This document shows positions 1-9,451 of a stretch of DNA of 64,000 bases, piece after piece. The position numbers and the translations under genes are program-made. The DNA comes from an uncultured Chloroflexia bacterium. Its GTDB lineage: Bacteria > Chloroflexota > Limnocylindria > Limnocylindrales > CSP1-4. Where the stretch lies: positions 352,001 to 416,000 of the forward strand of contig CAWHXD010000007.1 of assembly GCA_963833225.1 (NCBI GenBank), given 5' to 3'. A model generated the notes under the pieces. That model saw only the letters and a list, made by a program, of their open reading frames with translations, searched no databases and was not told the origin of the DNA. Each line of letters starts with the position of its first letter. Position 1 is the first letter of the stretch.

Positions 1-843
1 GTCCTTGATAACGGCGTCGAGAAGTGCCGCGAATACGGCCGCTATCTCGGGCGCCGGTATGGCGGCTTCGACAACATCGTGTGGGTCATGTCAGGCGATC
101 GCTGCCCTGGCGCCGCGCTCGAGCACATGCGCGCCATGGTCGACGGCATTCGCTCCGAGGACGCACCCCATCGCCTGTTCACTGCTCACGTCCACCCGGA
201 GTGTCGTGCCCTCGAGGAGTACCCGGATGATCCGTGGCTGACGGTCAGCCAGACCTACACCTATGCCATCGTCCACCGCAAGCTCCTGGTGGACTACAAC
301 CAGAAGCCGGCACGTCCGAACGTCCTGTTTGAGTCGACCTACGAAAACGACTGGAACTCGTCCGCCCTCCAGATCCGACGACAGGCGTACTGGGCTCTCC
401 TCTGCGGCGGTTGCGGGCAGTTCTTCGGGAACACCCCGCTGTGGAACTTCGCGGCAGGGTGGCAGGAGCAGCTCGAGTCGCCAGGCTCGATCGCGATGAC
501 GCACGTGAGAGCGCTGTTCGCCTCCCGACGCTGGTGGGACCTGGTGCCCGATCAGGAGCACGCCCTCGTCAGCGATGGGATCGGTGAGTTCAATGGCCTC
601 GACTTCTGTGCGGCCGCGATGACTCCTGACGGAACGCTCGCGATGGCTTACGTGCCCACGCCGAGAACGATCACCGTGGACATGACGGCACTCGCCACAG
701 GCCGGGTTGCAGCCAGATGGTTCAACCCTGTCTCCGGGGCGTACGTGTCAGGCGGGACGTACCGGACGACCGGCAAGTGGCCCTTCACCCCGCCTTGGGA
801 TCATGACGCTGTGCTCGTGCTCGAGACGGAGCCGGCCGTCTGA
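1..843 (+). CDS. DUF4038/apiosidase-like glycoside hydrolase with C-terminal collagen-binding-like domain (5' truncated by window edge)
   Basis: Frame is open from base 1 (VLDNGVEKCREYGRYLGRRYGGFDNIVWVMSGD). Motifs NIVW..GD, E..YE, IRRQAYW, RWWDLVPD, ARWFNP and D.VLVL match my recollection of this family. Confidence 0.65.
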   Translation, partial: VLDNGVEKCREYGRYLGRRYGGFDNIVWVMSGDRCPGAALEHMRAMVDGIRSEDAPHRLFTAHVHPECRALEEYPDDPWLTVSQTYTYAIVHRKLLVDYNQKPARPNVLFESTYENDWNSSALQIRRQAYWALLCGGCGQFFGNTPLWNFAAGWQEQLESPGSIAMTHVRALFASRRWWDLVPDQEHALVSDGIGEFNGLDFCAAAMTPDGTLAMAYVPTPRTITVDMTALATGRVAARWFNPVSGAYVSGGTYRTTGKWPFTPPWDHDAVLVLETEPAV

Positions 844-1029
844 GGTTGCCGGTGCGCTACCGGTGGTCTCGAGAGGCTCGCCCGGCGAACGGTCACGGTG
901 CTCGCCCTGCCACCAACCGGGGCGGCCCGGATCGGCCAGGCTCCTGGAGCTACGGCGACCCGCAGGCAGGCCATCTGGTCTGAGGCCCTTCCGACCTGCG
1001 ATGTTGGGCGTTGGCCTCCGGCGGCCCGC

Positions 1030-2115
1030 CTATGCGTCGCGGTATCGCGACGAGAAGAGCCTGCGGGGGTTCTCAACCAGGATCGTGTTGATCTGGTCCT
1101 CGGTGACGCCCTGCTCCCGGAGCCGTGGCAGGAATTCGCGGAGGAGGTAGCCAAAACCACCTCCCCCGTACGCCTTGAGCATGATCTTCATGTGGAGGTC
1201 CATCGAAAGCAGGACATTGTTGATGAAGCCGGCATCGATGAGCCGCTTGACGTCAGTGGCGATCTCGGAATCGCACAGGCCGATCCCCCGGACGCCCCAG
1301 TTGAAGTCCGAGCTGATCGTGTCGTAGCCAAGGAATGCGCCGCGGCGCGCGATTTCGAGCTGGTCGTCGAAATCGATTGGGCGGATGGTCACATGATCGA
1401 TGATCGTGTGCCGGATATCTGCCCCCTCCTCCTCGACGATGTCGAGGATCCGTTGCCGGGTGCCCGCCGGTGACACGCCAAGCGTATGGATGCTGAGCGG
1501 AACGCGAGTACGGCTCGATGCCCTGCACGATGCGCGCAGGTTCTTCTGCTCCGCGGCACTGAAGTCCTTGTCGATGCCGATCTCGCCGATGATGCCCGCG
1601 CGCACCCCGGTGCCGGGGATGCCCTCCGTGAGGTCGCCCACGACTTCGTCGGCAATGTCATCTGCCGACATGGCCTCGAGCTTCGGTGGGTGTGAGAGCC
1701 CAATGTAGTATCCGGCGCCCACGACGATGGGGACGCCCGATTGGCGACTGATCTGCTGTACCCCCCGCGCGTCGCGCCCGAGGCCATTGAGCGTCTGATC
1801 GACGACCGTACCCCCGCCCCACATCACGTAGTCACGAAGTTCAGCCGAGACGAGCGCGACATCGTTGACGCGCTGATTGTCACGGTTCGACTGGGGAAGG
1901 GCGCGCACCTCGCCGAGGATATCCATCGTCAGAGGCCGATTGAAGAGGTGTGCCCGCGACACCTCCTTCGGCTCCGGGCCGTTGACCCCGGAGTCGATGA
2001 GAACGTGCTCGTGCACGAGGGTGATGCCGAGGTCCTCCACCGGGATCGGACCGGTCACGGTCATCACGGTGCCACTATCCACGCCGATGCCGGGGTAGCT
2101 TGGTTTCTGGTTCAC
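1030..2115 (-). CDS. Phosphotriesterase-related amidohydrolase (PHP/lactonase-like)
   Basis: VMTVTGPI...LG.TL.HEH metal motif, GIIGEIG (Glu in place of the carbamylated Lys), IH, DH, LLSMD, ENP.R; GTG start with GGGAGG RBS. Confidence 0.85.
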   Translation of the reverse strand: MNQKPSYPGIGVDSGTVMTVTGPIPVEDLGITLVHEHVLIDSGVNGPEPKEVSRAHLFNRPLTMDILGEVRALPQSNRDNQRVNDVALVSAELRDYVMWGGGTVVDQTLNGLGRDARGVQQISRQSGVPIVVGAGYYIGLSHPPKLEAMSADDIADEVVGDLTEGIPGTGVRAGIIGEIGIDKDFSAAEQKNLRASCRASSRTRVPLSIHTLGVSPAGTRQRILDIVEEEGADIRHTIIDHVTIRPIDFDDQLEIARRGAFLGYDTISSDFNWGVRGIGLCDSEIATDVKRLIDAGFINNVLLSMDLHMKIMLKAYGGGGFGYLLREFLPRLREQGVTEDQINTILVENPRRLFSSRYRDA

Positions 2116-2169
2116 TGGTGACCTCCCTGGTAGTCGCCCTGGCGATCGTCGATGCCAAACCTCCCCTCG

Positions 2170-2194
2170 CCAAACCGGTTGGCCGACCGGTTGA
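2170..2194. promoter_or_regulatory. Two adjacent ACCGGT-centred imperfect palindromes (putative LacI-family operators) upstream of the phosphotriesterase-like gene
   Basis: CCAAACCGGTTGG (2170-2182) and CCGACCGGTTGA (2183-2194) lie next to an AT-richer promoter-like stretch. Confidence 0.4.
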
Positions 2195-2477
2195 CCAATC
2201 TATCTTGCTCCTTGCTCGGCAAGTCGGTCAACGGCAGGTTGGCGCTCGGCGGACTCCCGTCGCAACGGACCATCGGGCCAGATCGATTTGCATCAGCCCC
2301 CGGCTGGCTCAGGGTGCATCCGCACCTTCCGTCAGGGCGGCGACACCGCGGGCGGAGAGGTGTGCGCCTTCGGCCACAGCCCAGCCTCCGAGGGGGTAGC
2401 CAGAACCGCGATCCATGAGCCACGGCCCTGTCGCGGTTCGGAGGCGAGCGCCTCGCCGAGCCACCTGTGGCACGACA

Positions 2478-3401
2478 TCATCGTCCCAGACCTTCCTCCA
2501 TCAGCGGCTCGAGCCAGTCTGGGATCTCGCGACCACCGACCCTGACGAACAGCGACTCGTACCCGGGCAGGCCCGACAACATCGACCCGACCTGGCCCGA
2601 CGACATGGATCCCCGGTCGTGCTCGGCCTGGATGAGCAGCGGCAGCAGCCGCACGTCGCCGGCGGTGCAGATGCCGGTGACCTCGGGCCGGGCGAGCACG
2701 AATGCCACGGCAGCGGTCACGTATGCCTGCTCGTCCATCGGCTCATACCAGGTCGCGTAGGTGGCGCCCTCGGATGTCTTCCAGAGGTTCCGAGCGATGG
2801 TCTTGATCACGCGCAGGCCCACGTCCTGTGCCGTGATCTCCTCCAGCAGGGCGTCAACGTCGTGCTGGTACCGCGCATCCTGCGCGAGGCGGTAGTTCCA
2901 GGGCGTGATGACCGAGTCGAACGGGAACCTCCGCAGGGCTTCGAGATGCGTGGCGGGCGCAGCCATCCCGTGCCCGGTGATGCCGATCCCGCCGACGAGT
3001 CCCTCCTCCCGTGCCTTCACGGCACCCTCGATCGCCCCTCCCGACCGTGTGGCCCTGTCCAGGTCCTCGAGATCGCCGACAGCGTGGAGCTGGATCAGGT
3101 CCACGTGGCTCACCCGAAGGCGCTCGAGCGAGCGACGGATGCTGTCGTAGGCGCCGCTCGACGTCCGGTCGCCGGTCTTGGTCGCGAGGAAGATGCGGTC
3201 CCGGATCCGGCCCATCCAGCGCCCCAGGTGGAGCTCCGAGTCGCCATAGTCCGCGGCGGTGTCGAAGTGGTTGATCCCGGCTTCCAGGGCGAGCTCGATG
3301 GAGCGATCCGCGACCTCGTCGGGTACGTCAGCCAGCCCCGCCCCGCCGTAGACGAGTACCGAGGTCAGGTGGCCGAGGCGTCCGAAGCGGCGTGTCTCCA
3401 T
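2478..3401 (-). CDS. Aldo/keto reductase
   Basis: METRRFGRLG, GINHFDTAADYGDSE, FLATK, SLERL...DLIQLH, GITGH; GGAGAG RBS 6 nt before ATG 3401. Confidence 0.9.
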   Translation of the reverse strand: METRRFGRLGHLTSVLVYGGAGLADVPDEVADRSIELALEAGINHFDTAADYGDSELHLGRWMGRIRDRIFLATKTGDRTSSGAYDSIRRSLERLRVSHVDLIQLHAVGDLEDLDRATRSGGAIEGAVKAREEGLVGGIGITGHGMAAPATHLEALRRFPFDSVITPWNYRLAQDARYQHDVDALLEEITAQDVGLRVIKTIARNLWKTSEGATYATWYEPMDEQAYVTAAVAFVLARPEVTGICTAGDVRLLPLLIQAEHDRGSMSSGQVGSMLSGLPGYESLFVRVGGREIPDWLEPLMEEGLGR

Positions 3402-3705
3402 CGTCATCTCTCCTGCGGCGGCGAGGTGGCTCGCTCGTTTGCCGGCCCGCACCAGAGCCCGGATAGGTTCGGTGCTCGATGTCGATCACCCGGCCACGCG
3501 AGCGCGTCGAGGATCATCCGTGCCTCCACAGCCCTGCCAGCCGGAACACCAGGCAGCCTCGGCAGATGCTACCAGCGCACGTCTTCGGGTCGGAGGACGC
3601 AGGTTCTCGAGGCGGTGCTCCGCCGCCGGCCGCTCACGCGCCCTGATCCGGACTCGCCCGCCTGATCACGAGAGCGGCCACCCGAGCCGGCAAGCGGACC
3701 CGAGC

Positions 3706-5143
3706 CTAGTCCGTGTAGCGGCGTCGCGGGATACGCACCGGGGACGACGCGGGAGTCTCGGAGAGCGACGCGCCCGATGATGAACCCCGGCGTTTCGCGA
3801 CCGTCGCGTCGTCACCGTCGCCCGGCGGCGACGCCTCCTGGCCCTCCGGGGGGATCGGCCGGTCGGTCATGAAGCGGACACAGTTGCGGCCGTGCCGCTT
3901 TGCGGCGTACAGGGCCTCGTCGGTCTGGGCGATCCAGGCGTCCGTCGACAGGTCGAGGTTGAACGGGCCGATCAGGCTGGCCCCGATGCTGACCGACACG
4001 AGCCCCCACGGTTGATTGTCCGGGTGCTCGATCCCCAGGCCGGTGACCACAACCTGCAGCCGCGCAGCGGCTCGCAGCAGGGCCTCACGGGTCGGCACGG
4101 ACATGATCGCGAGGAACTCCTCGCCGCCATAGCGGTAGACGCCGTCGTCAGCCCGGACCGAGCCCTCGATGGCCTCGACCACCTGTCGCAGGACCTCGTC
4201 GCCGGCGAGGTGGCCCCGCCGGTCGTTCACCTCCTTGAAGTGGTCCAGGTCGATCATGAGGAGGCCGTAACGCATGCCAGATCGGTCGATGTGGGCGCGG
4301 ACGGCCCGGAGGTCCTCGTCGAGCCGGCGGCGGTTGCGGGCGCCGGTCAGGGCGTCGGTGCGAGCCGTGAGCTCCAGGGCGTGGTGCGCTCGCCCCAGCT
4401 CGACCATCTCCATGTCGGCCAGCCGTCCGCAACGACCGGATCCGGTCGAGCTGCGCGAAGTTCAGGATCTGGGCTGCCTGGAGGAGCACGTGGCCGGCGA
4501 CGCTCGCCCCGAGCGCGACGAACAGGACGACCACGAGGGCGCCCTCCTCGGCGGCGGAGAAGCGCCCCCCGGGGTCGATGGCGAGGCCGATCGTCGCGAT
4601 CACGGCGTAGACGACGAGCCAGCGCAGATGGACCTGCGTGCGCCACGGCATGATGAGCGCCACGAGACCGGGAAGAACGAGCAGGTAGGCGACCGACTGG
4701 ATCGACAGGCTGGGCGTCGCGATCTCTGTCAGGACCGTCGATAACGCGACGCCGATCATGATCGTCCAGGCGACGAGCTCGGGGCGCCGGGCGAGCGGCC
4801 CGCCGACCGCCCACCATCCGGCGACGGCGGCGACAATCACCGCCACGTCGAGGCCGATCGAGATCAGGACGTGATCACCCTGGAGGCCGGTCATGGCGAG
4901 GGCGTCGAAGGCCTCGGCCACCGCGACCACAAGGAATCCGATCCGGCTCGCCAATCTCGTCCGGCGCCGCTGGACCGCCCGGAACCGCCTGCCTCGTCCG
5001 ACCACGACATAGTCGGACCGGTGGACCCGGCCCACCGCCTCGTCGACGTCGCGGCGAAGCCGCCGGAGCCTCTCCCTCCCGAACCTCGGCTTCTCGACCA
5101 CGCTCGGCGGGTCGAACACCGGCAATGCCGCTGGTCCCTGCAT
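3706..5143 (-). pseudogene. Membrane-bound diguanylate cyclase split by a +1 frameshift near 4428 (probably an assembly error)
   Basis: N-terminal ORF has about 6 TM helices. Downstream ORF has TDALTG.RNRR, DLDHFKEVND..GH.AGD, RYGGEEF, SIG and ALY.AK..GRN. Removing one G from TTGCGGACGG gives continuous SLRRLADMEMVEL. Confidence 0.8.
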
Positions 5144-5220
5144 CCAGTCATCCTGCTGTGTCACACCCTGACCGCAAGGACCCAGACGTACGCCCACGGT
5201 CCGTGGGGCTGCGGGGGACG

Positions 5221-6993
5221 TCAGGACCCAGCGACCACGATCCGCGCGTAGTAGGGGACCTGGAACCGGTCGCCATTGCGCTCACCGCTGACCCACAGCC
5301 GCACGCCCCAGTCGCCCGGTGGCGGCACGTCCATCACGAACGGCTCGTCGTTCACGGCCCTGACTTCCCACTGCTCCGACTCGGGCGCGCGCCCGGTCGC
5401 GAGGATGTCCTCGTTGCGGGCGATCTCCACCGCGATCTCGGTGATCGTCCAGCCGCCGCCAAGGTGGAGGGTGACCCAGGTGCCGGCATGCTGCCAGAGT
5501 GCCGCGCCCATCGGCTGCCAGGACGGGCCGCACGACTCGCTGAATCCGCCGTAGCCCTTGGGCTGCCAGGACCAGCCGCACCCGGGGAAGGCCGTGAGCG
5601 TCGCGATGTCACCCGCTGTCTGGTCCGGGCCTGACAGCCGGAGCGCCGGTGGCCGCCACGCGCCGGGCCGGGCGGCCTCCGAGTCGACGGCGCCGACGCG
5701 GACGGCGAATGCCGCGGTGCCCGTCGCGCTCGCGCGCACGAGCAGCTGGTTGTCGAGGTCCGGCGTGAACTCCTCGATCCCGATGGTGCCGCAGGCATAG
5801 GACGCGGCGACCCCGTCGATCTCGATCTCGAGGGTGCCCTCCCCGGCGCACGGGGAGGTGAGGTAGAGCACATCCGTGCCCGCCGGGATCGTCGCGGTCC
5901 GCTCCATCACCGGATCGCCCGCATGCACGTCCATCCGGACCAGCCGGGTCTCGCCGGGCTGGAGGTGGCCCACGGGCGGGGCGCTGGCGACATCCTGCTG
6001 GCGCAGGAGGCCGAAGACCACCACCCGCCAGGTGACGGGTCCGGTCGTGCGGACGAGGACGCGTACCGGGCCGCCGGACGGCACCGCGTCGCTGATCTGG
6101 TGGGGCGTGTCCCGACAGGGTCCCCCCGCGCTGAACTGCAGGTTCTCGCCCTCGTACACGTCGACGGTGAGGGCGCCGTCCGTGCAGCTGACGAAGAAGT
6201 CGAGGTGGTCATAGGCCGAGAATTCGGCCATCGTCGTCTCGGTGTCGCCGGCGCCCGGCACGGGCGCGGTCTGCTCCGCCTCGCCGAGGATTCCCGAGCC
6301 GATCGCGATGTTGTCGGCGCCCATCGCCTCCAGCTCCGCGTACGAGGCGAGCTCGAACGGCGTCGGGGAGGGCAGGGCTGATGCTTCGGTCGCCCCCTGG
6401 TCTCCGGCGACGAGGCGCCATCGGACGGATGGCAGCGAGGTCACGAACAGGTCGCCCACGACGCCGATGCCCATGACGAACGGTCCGTCGCCGCAGTCGT
6501 GGTCGAGCGACGTGATGCCGGGTTCAGCCGGCTTGATGCCGACGGTGATCGAGCCACCGATGCAGTCGGCCACCACGGTCGCGCCGTGGATGGGTCCCAG
6601 CGTGGCGGTCCAGGGCAGCTCGCCGCCGTGCACTGATGGCTGTTCGCCGCGCAGGGCGGTCGGCACCTGGTCCGTGGGTCCATGGGCGGCGAGGATCGCC
6701 TCGAGTTCGGGATAGGACGTCAACGGCCTGTCCGCCGGTGTGGTGCTGGCCGGCGTGGCGGCGACATCGCCCTCTGGTCTGACCGACGAGAGGATGGCCG
6801 CGCCCCCGAGCACGACGATCACGGACGCCGCGACAGCGACGAGCGCAATCCACCGAGACCGGCGCGCCAACCGGCGGTTCGCCGCTGATCGCTTGAGCTC
6901 CGCTGCCCGGGGGGTGAACGGCAGCGCGTCGGCCTCGCCTTGAAGGGCGGCGCGAAGACGGGCCTCGAGGATGGGATCGAGCTCGTCAGCCAT
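5221..6993 (-). CDS. Putative anti-sigma factor: single-TM protein with a large extracytoplasmic repeat region
   Basis: Overlaps the stop of the ECF sigma gene. Short cytoplasmic N-terminus (LEARLRAAL...RRLARR), one TM helix, then Cys-paired repeats. Confidence 0.55.
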   Translation of the reverse strand: MADELDPILEARLRAALQGEADALPFTPRAAELKRSAANRRLARRSRWIALVAVAASVIVVLGGAAILSSVRPEGDVAATPASTTPADRPLTSYPELEAILAAHGPTDQVPTALRGEQPSVHGGELPWTATLGPIHGATVVADCIGGSITVGIKPAEPGITSLDHDCGDGPFVMGIGVVGDLFVTSLPSVRWRLVAGDQGATEASALPSPTPFELASYAELEAMGADNIAIGSGILGEAEQTAPVPGAGDTETTMAEFSAYDHLDFFVSCTDGALTVDVYEGENLQFSAGGPCRDTPHQISDAVPSGGPVRVLVRTTGPVTWRVVVFGLLRQQDVASAPPVGHLQPGETRLVRMDVHAGDPVMERTATIPAGTDVLYLTSPCAGEGTLEIEIDGVAASYACGTIGIEEFTPDLDNQLLVRASATGTAAFAVRVGAVDSEAARPGAWRPPALRLSGPDQTAGDIATLTAFPGCGWSWQPKGYGGFSESCGPSWQPMGAALWQHAGTWVTLHLGGGWTITEIAVEIARNEDILATGRAPESEQWEVRAVNDEPFVMDVPPPGDWGVRLWVSGERNGDRFQVPYYARIVVAGS

Positions 6994-7507
6994 GGGAGGC
7001 CTCCCGCATCGCGCCGTCGTCGCCGAGCCACCGGCGGATGTGCTCCAGCGCCTCGCGGAGCTGGGTCTTGACCGTGTTCTCACTGGTGCCGAGCACGTCG
7101 GCGACGTCACGCACCGGGAGATCCGCGTAGTACCGCAGGACGACGGCGGCACGCATCCGCGGCGCCAGCCGGTCCACGCACGCCAGCAGCACCATCCGAT
7201 CGTCGTCGTTGCCGGGACGGGCGCTCCGCTCGGGCAGGACCTGGAGCTGGACGACCCTCGCCGACGATCGCCGCACCGCCAGCGCCCGGTTGGTCGCGAT
7301 TCGCATCAGCCACGGCCGAAGCCGCTCCGGATCTCGGAGCTGGTTGCCGCGCTCCAGTGCGGTGAGCAGCGTGTCCACCAGCACGTCCTCCGCCCCATCG
7401 CGGTCCCGGAGGATCAGCCAGGCAACGCCCTGGATCTCGCGGCCGTACCGGTCGAGGAGGACGTCGAGGACCTCCGGCCGGTGGCCCCGCAGGGCTTCAA
7501 TGGTCAC
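6986..7507 (-). CDS. ECF RNA polymerase sigma factor
   Basis: Region 2 (AEDV..D...WL.RIA.N) and region 4 (L.PR.RA.VVLRYY.DL...DVA.VLGTSENTVKT). Confidence 0.85.
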   Translation of the reverse strand: MTIEALRGHRPEVLDVLLDRYGREIQGVAWLILRDRDGAEDVLVDTLLTALERGNQLRDPERLRPWLMRIATNRALAVRRSSARVVQLQVLPERSARPGNDDDRMVLLACVDRLAPRMRAAVVLRYYADLPVRDVADVLGTSENTVKTQLREALEHIRRWLGDDGAMREASHG

Positions 7508-7562
7508 GTCTGGTGCATCCCCCAGGTTGCGAGGTCGCGGCCTTGGGTGGCGGCGTCAAGCA

Positions 7563-8261
7563 TCAGACGCGCGACGGCGTCGATTCGGGTGATCCGCCTT
7601 CCTCGTCGAGCGACGCGGCCAGCCCGTCGATGAGCAGGTCCAGCCCAAAGTCGAACTCGACCCCGAAGTCGTAGCCCGGCTGGAGGACGTGCTCGGCGGT
7701 GAACCGCGCGAGGTGCGGATACGCGTCCGAGGGGAGCGCCGCGAGCATCGCCTGGGCCAGGTCGGCGACCTCGGCGCCGGTTTCGAACGGGAGCGTGGCC
7801 TCCTGGAGGACGAAGCCATAGACGAAGGCGTCGAGGATCGCGATCCCGTGGGCAACCGCGGGTGCGGCGAACCCGGCCCCGTACAGGGTCCCCAGCACCG
7901 CGTCGTGCTGGCGGAGCGTCATCGGGCCGGGGTTGACCCTCGACTCGAGCAGGGCAACCGCCCACGGATGGCGGCGCAGCACCGCGCGAGCGGATGCGTA
8001 GCGCGCCCGCAGCTCGGTGCGCCAATCGCCACCGGCGACCGGCAGCTCGAACTCGGCGAACACCGCGTCCACAATCCCGTCGAGGATGGCGTCCTTGCCC
8101 GGGACGTGGTGGTAGACCGACATGGGCTTGACGCCAAGCTCTGTCGCCAGGGAGCGGATGGTGAGCGCAGCGATCCCGTCGCGATCGGCGACCGCGATCG
8201 CGCCCGCCAGCACCCGCTCACGAGTGAGCGGCGTTCGCGCGCTGCCGGTTCGAGCGGCCAT
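7563..8261 (-). CDS. TetR/AcrR family regulator (TetR_C-type C-terminal domain)
   Basis: LTRERVL..A..VADRDG...LTIRSLA.ELGVKPMSVYHHV..KD HTH; FDFGLDLLIDGL C-terminus. Confidence 0.9.
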   Translation of the reverse strand: MAARTGSARTPLTRERVLAGAIAVADRDGIAALTIRSLATELGVKPMSVYHHVPGKDAILDGIVDAVFAEFELPVAGGDWRTELRARYASARAVLRRHPWAVALLESRVNPGPMTLRQHDAVLGTLYGAGFAAPAVAHGIAILDAFVYGFVLQEATLPFETGAEVADLAQAMLAALPSDAYPHLARFTAEHVLQPGYDFGVEFDFGLDLLIDGLAASLDEEGGSPESTPSRV

Positions 8262-8293
8262 TCGTGCACCTCATCGGGGTGGTGTCCCGGGGG

Positions 8294-8347
8294 TTGACAT
8301 CCAGCAGCGGGGATTGTACCGTACTTAGTACGTCGTACTTAGTACGG
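8294..8347 (+). promoter_or_regulatory. Sigma70-type promoter overlapped by a tandem palindromic operator
   Basis: TTGACA (8294-8299), 17 bp, TACCGT (8317-8322). CGTACT-T-AGTACG occurs twice (8320-8332, 8334-8346) between the divergent TetR and oxidoreductase genes. Confidence 0.7.
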
Positions 8348-8400
8348 TTCGCGAGATGGACGGACCGTGGGCGGCAGGATCGGATGAAGGAGTGATCGAG

Positions 8401-9426
8401 ATGACGACAGCCGAGGCGGTGATCGGGACCAGAGTGGGCGAGACGGCCGGGACGATGCGGGCAATGACCAGCGACCGGTACGGCTCCGCGGACGTCCTGC
8501 GGCTGGGGACCGTTGACGTGCCCGCGGTACGGGACGGCGAGGTGCTCGTGCGGGTGCACGCGGCGGGTGTGGACCGCGGCACGTGGCATCTGCTCACCGG
8601 ACGGCCGTACATCATGCGGTTGATGGGCTTTGGGCTGCGGCGACCGGCAACGCGCGTACCCGGACTCGACATGGCGGGCACCGTGGTCGCCGTGGGAGCC
8701 GGCGTGACCCGGTTCGCTCCCGGTGACGAGGTGTTCGGGATCGGGCGCGGCTCGTTCGCGGAGTACACGGTCGCGAGTGAGGCCAAGCTTGCGCACAAGC
8801 CCGCCTCGATCGGCTTCGAGCAGGCGGCCGTGATGCCGGTGTCGGGCATGACCGCCCTCCAGGGGCTCCGCGACGGCGGACGCCTCCAGCCGGGCCAGCG
8901 CGTGCTGATCCTCGGGGCGTCGGGCGGTGTCGGCAGCTACGCGGTCCAGGTCGCCAAGGCGATGGGGGCCGAGGTGACGGGCGTCGCGAGCACCGCCAAG
9001 CTCGATCTCGTCCGGGAGCTCGGGGCAGACCATGCGATCGACTACACGCGCCAGGACCCGACCGACGGCTCGGTCCACTACGACCTGATCCTCGACACGG
9101 GCGGCAGGACGCCGTTGCGACGGCTTCGCCGGGCCCTGACCAAGGACGGAACGCTGGTGATCGTCGGCGGTGAGGGTGGTGGCCGGGTGGCCGGTGGATT
9201 CGACCGGCAGATCCGCGCGGCGCTCTGGTCCCCATTCGTCTCCCAGCGGCTGACCGCCCTGGTGTCGGGCGAGCGGGGCACGGACCTCGAGCACCTGGCG
9301 GGGCTGGTTGAGGCAGGCTCGGTCACGCCGAGCATCGACCGTACCTATCCGCTGGCCGGCGTCCCGGAAGCGATCCGCCGGCTCGAGGCTGGCGAGGTGC
9401 GCGGCAAGGTGGCGATCACGGTCTGA
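8401..9426 (+). CDS. MDR-family NAD(P)-dependent alcohol dehydrogenase/quinone oxidoreductase
   Basis: G.DMAG.V..VG.GV..F..GDEV, GASGGVG, GAD..IDY, GKV.I; AAGGAG RBS. Confidence 0.9.
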   Translation: MTTAEAVIGTRVGETAGTMRAMTSDRYGSADVLRLGTVDVPAVRDGEVLVRVHAAGVDRGTWHLLTGRPYIMRLMGFGLRRPATRVPGLDMAGTVVAVGAGVTRFAPGDEVFGIGRGSFAEYTVASEAKLAHKPASIGFEQAAVMPVSGMTALQGLRDGGRLQPGQRVLILGASGGVGSYAVQVAKAMGAEVTGVASTAKLDLVRELGADHAIDYTRQDPTDGSVHYDLILDTGGRTPLRRLRRALTKDGTLVIVGGEGGGRVAGGFDRQIRAALWSPFVSQRLTALVSGERGTDLEHLAGLVEAGSVTPSIDRTYPLAGVPEAIRRLEAGEVRGKVAITV

Positions 9427-9451
9427 CGCCTGCCCGGTACGATCGCGGGCG

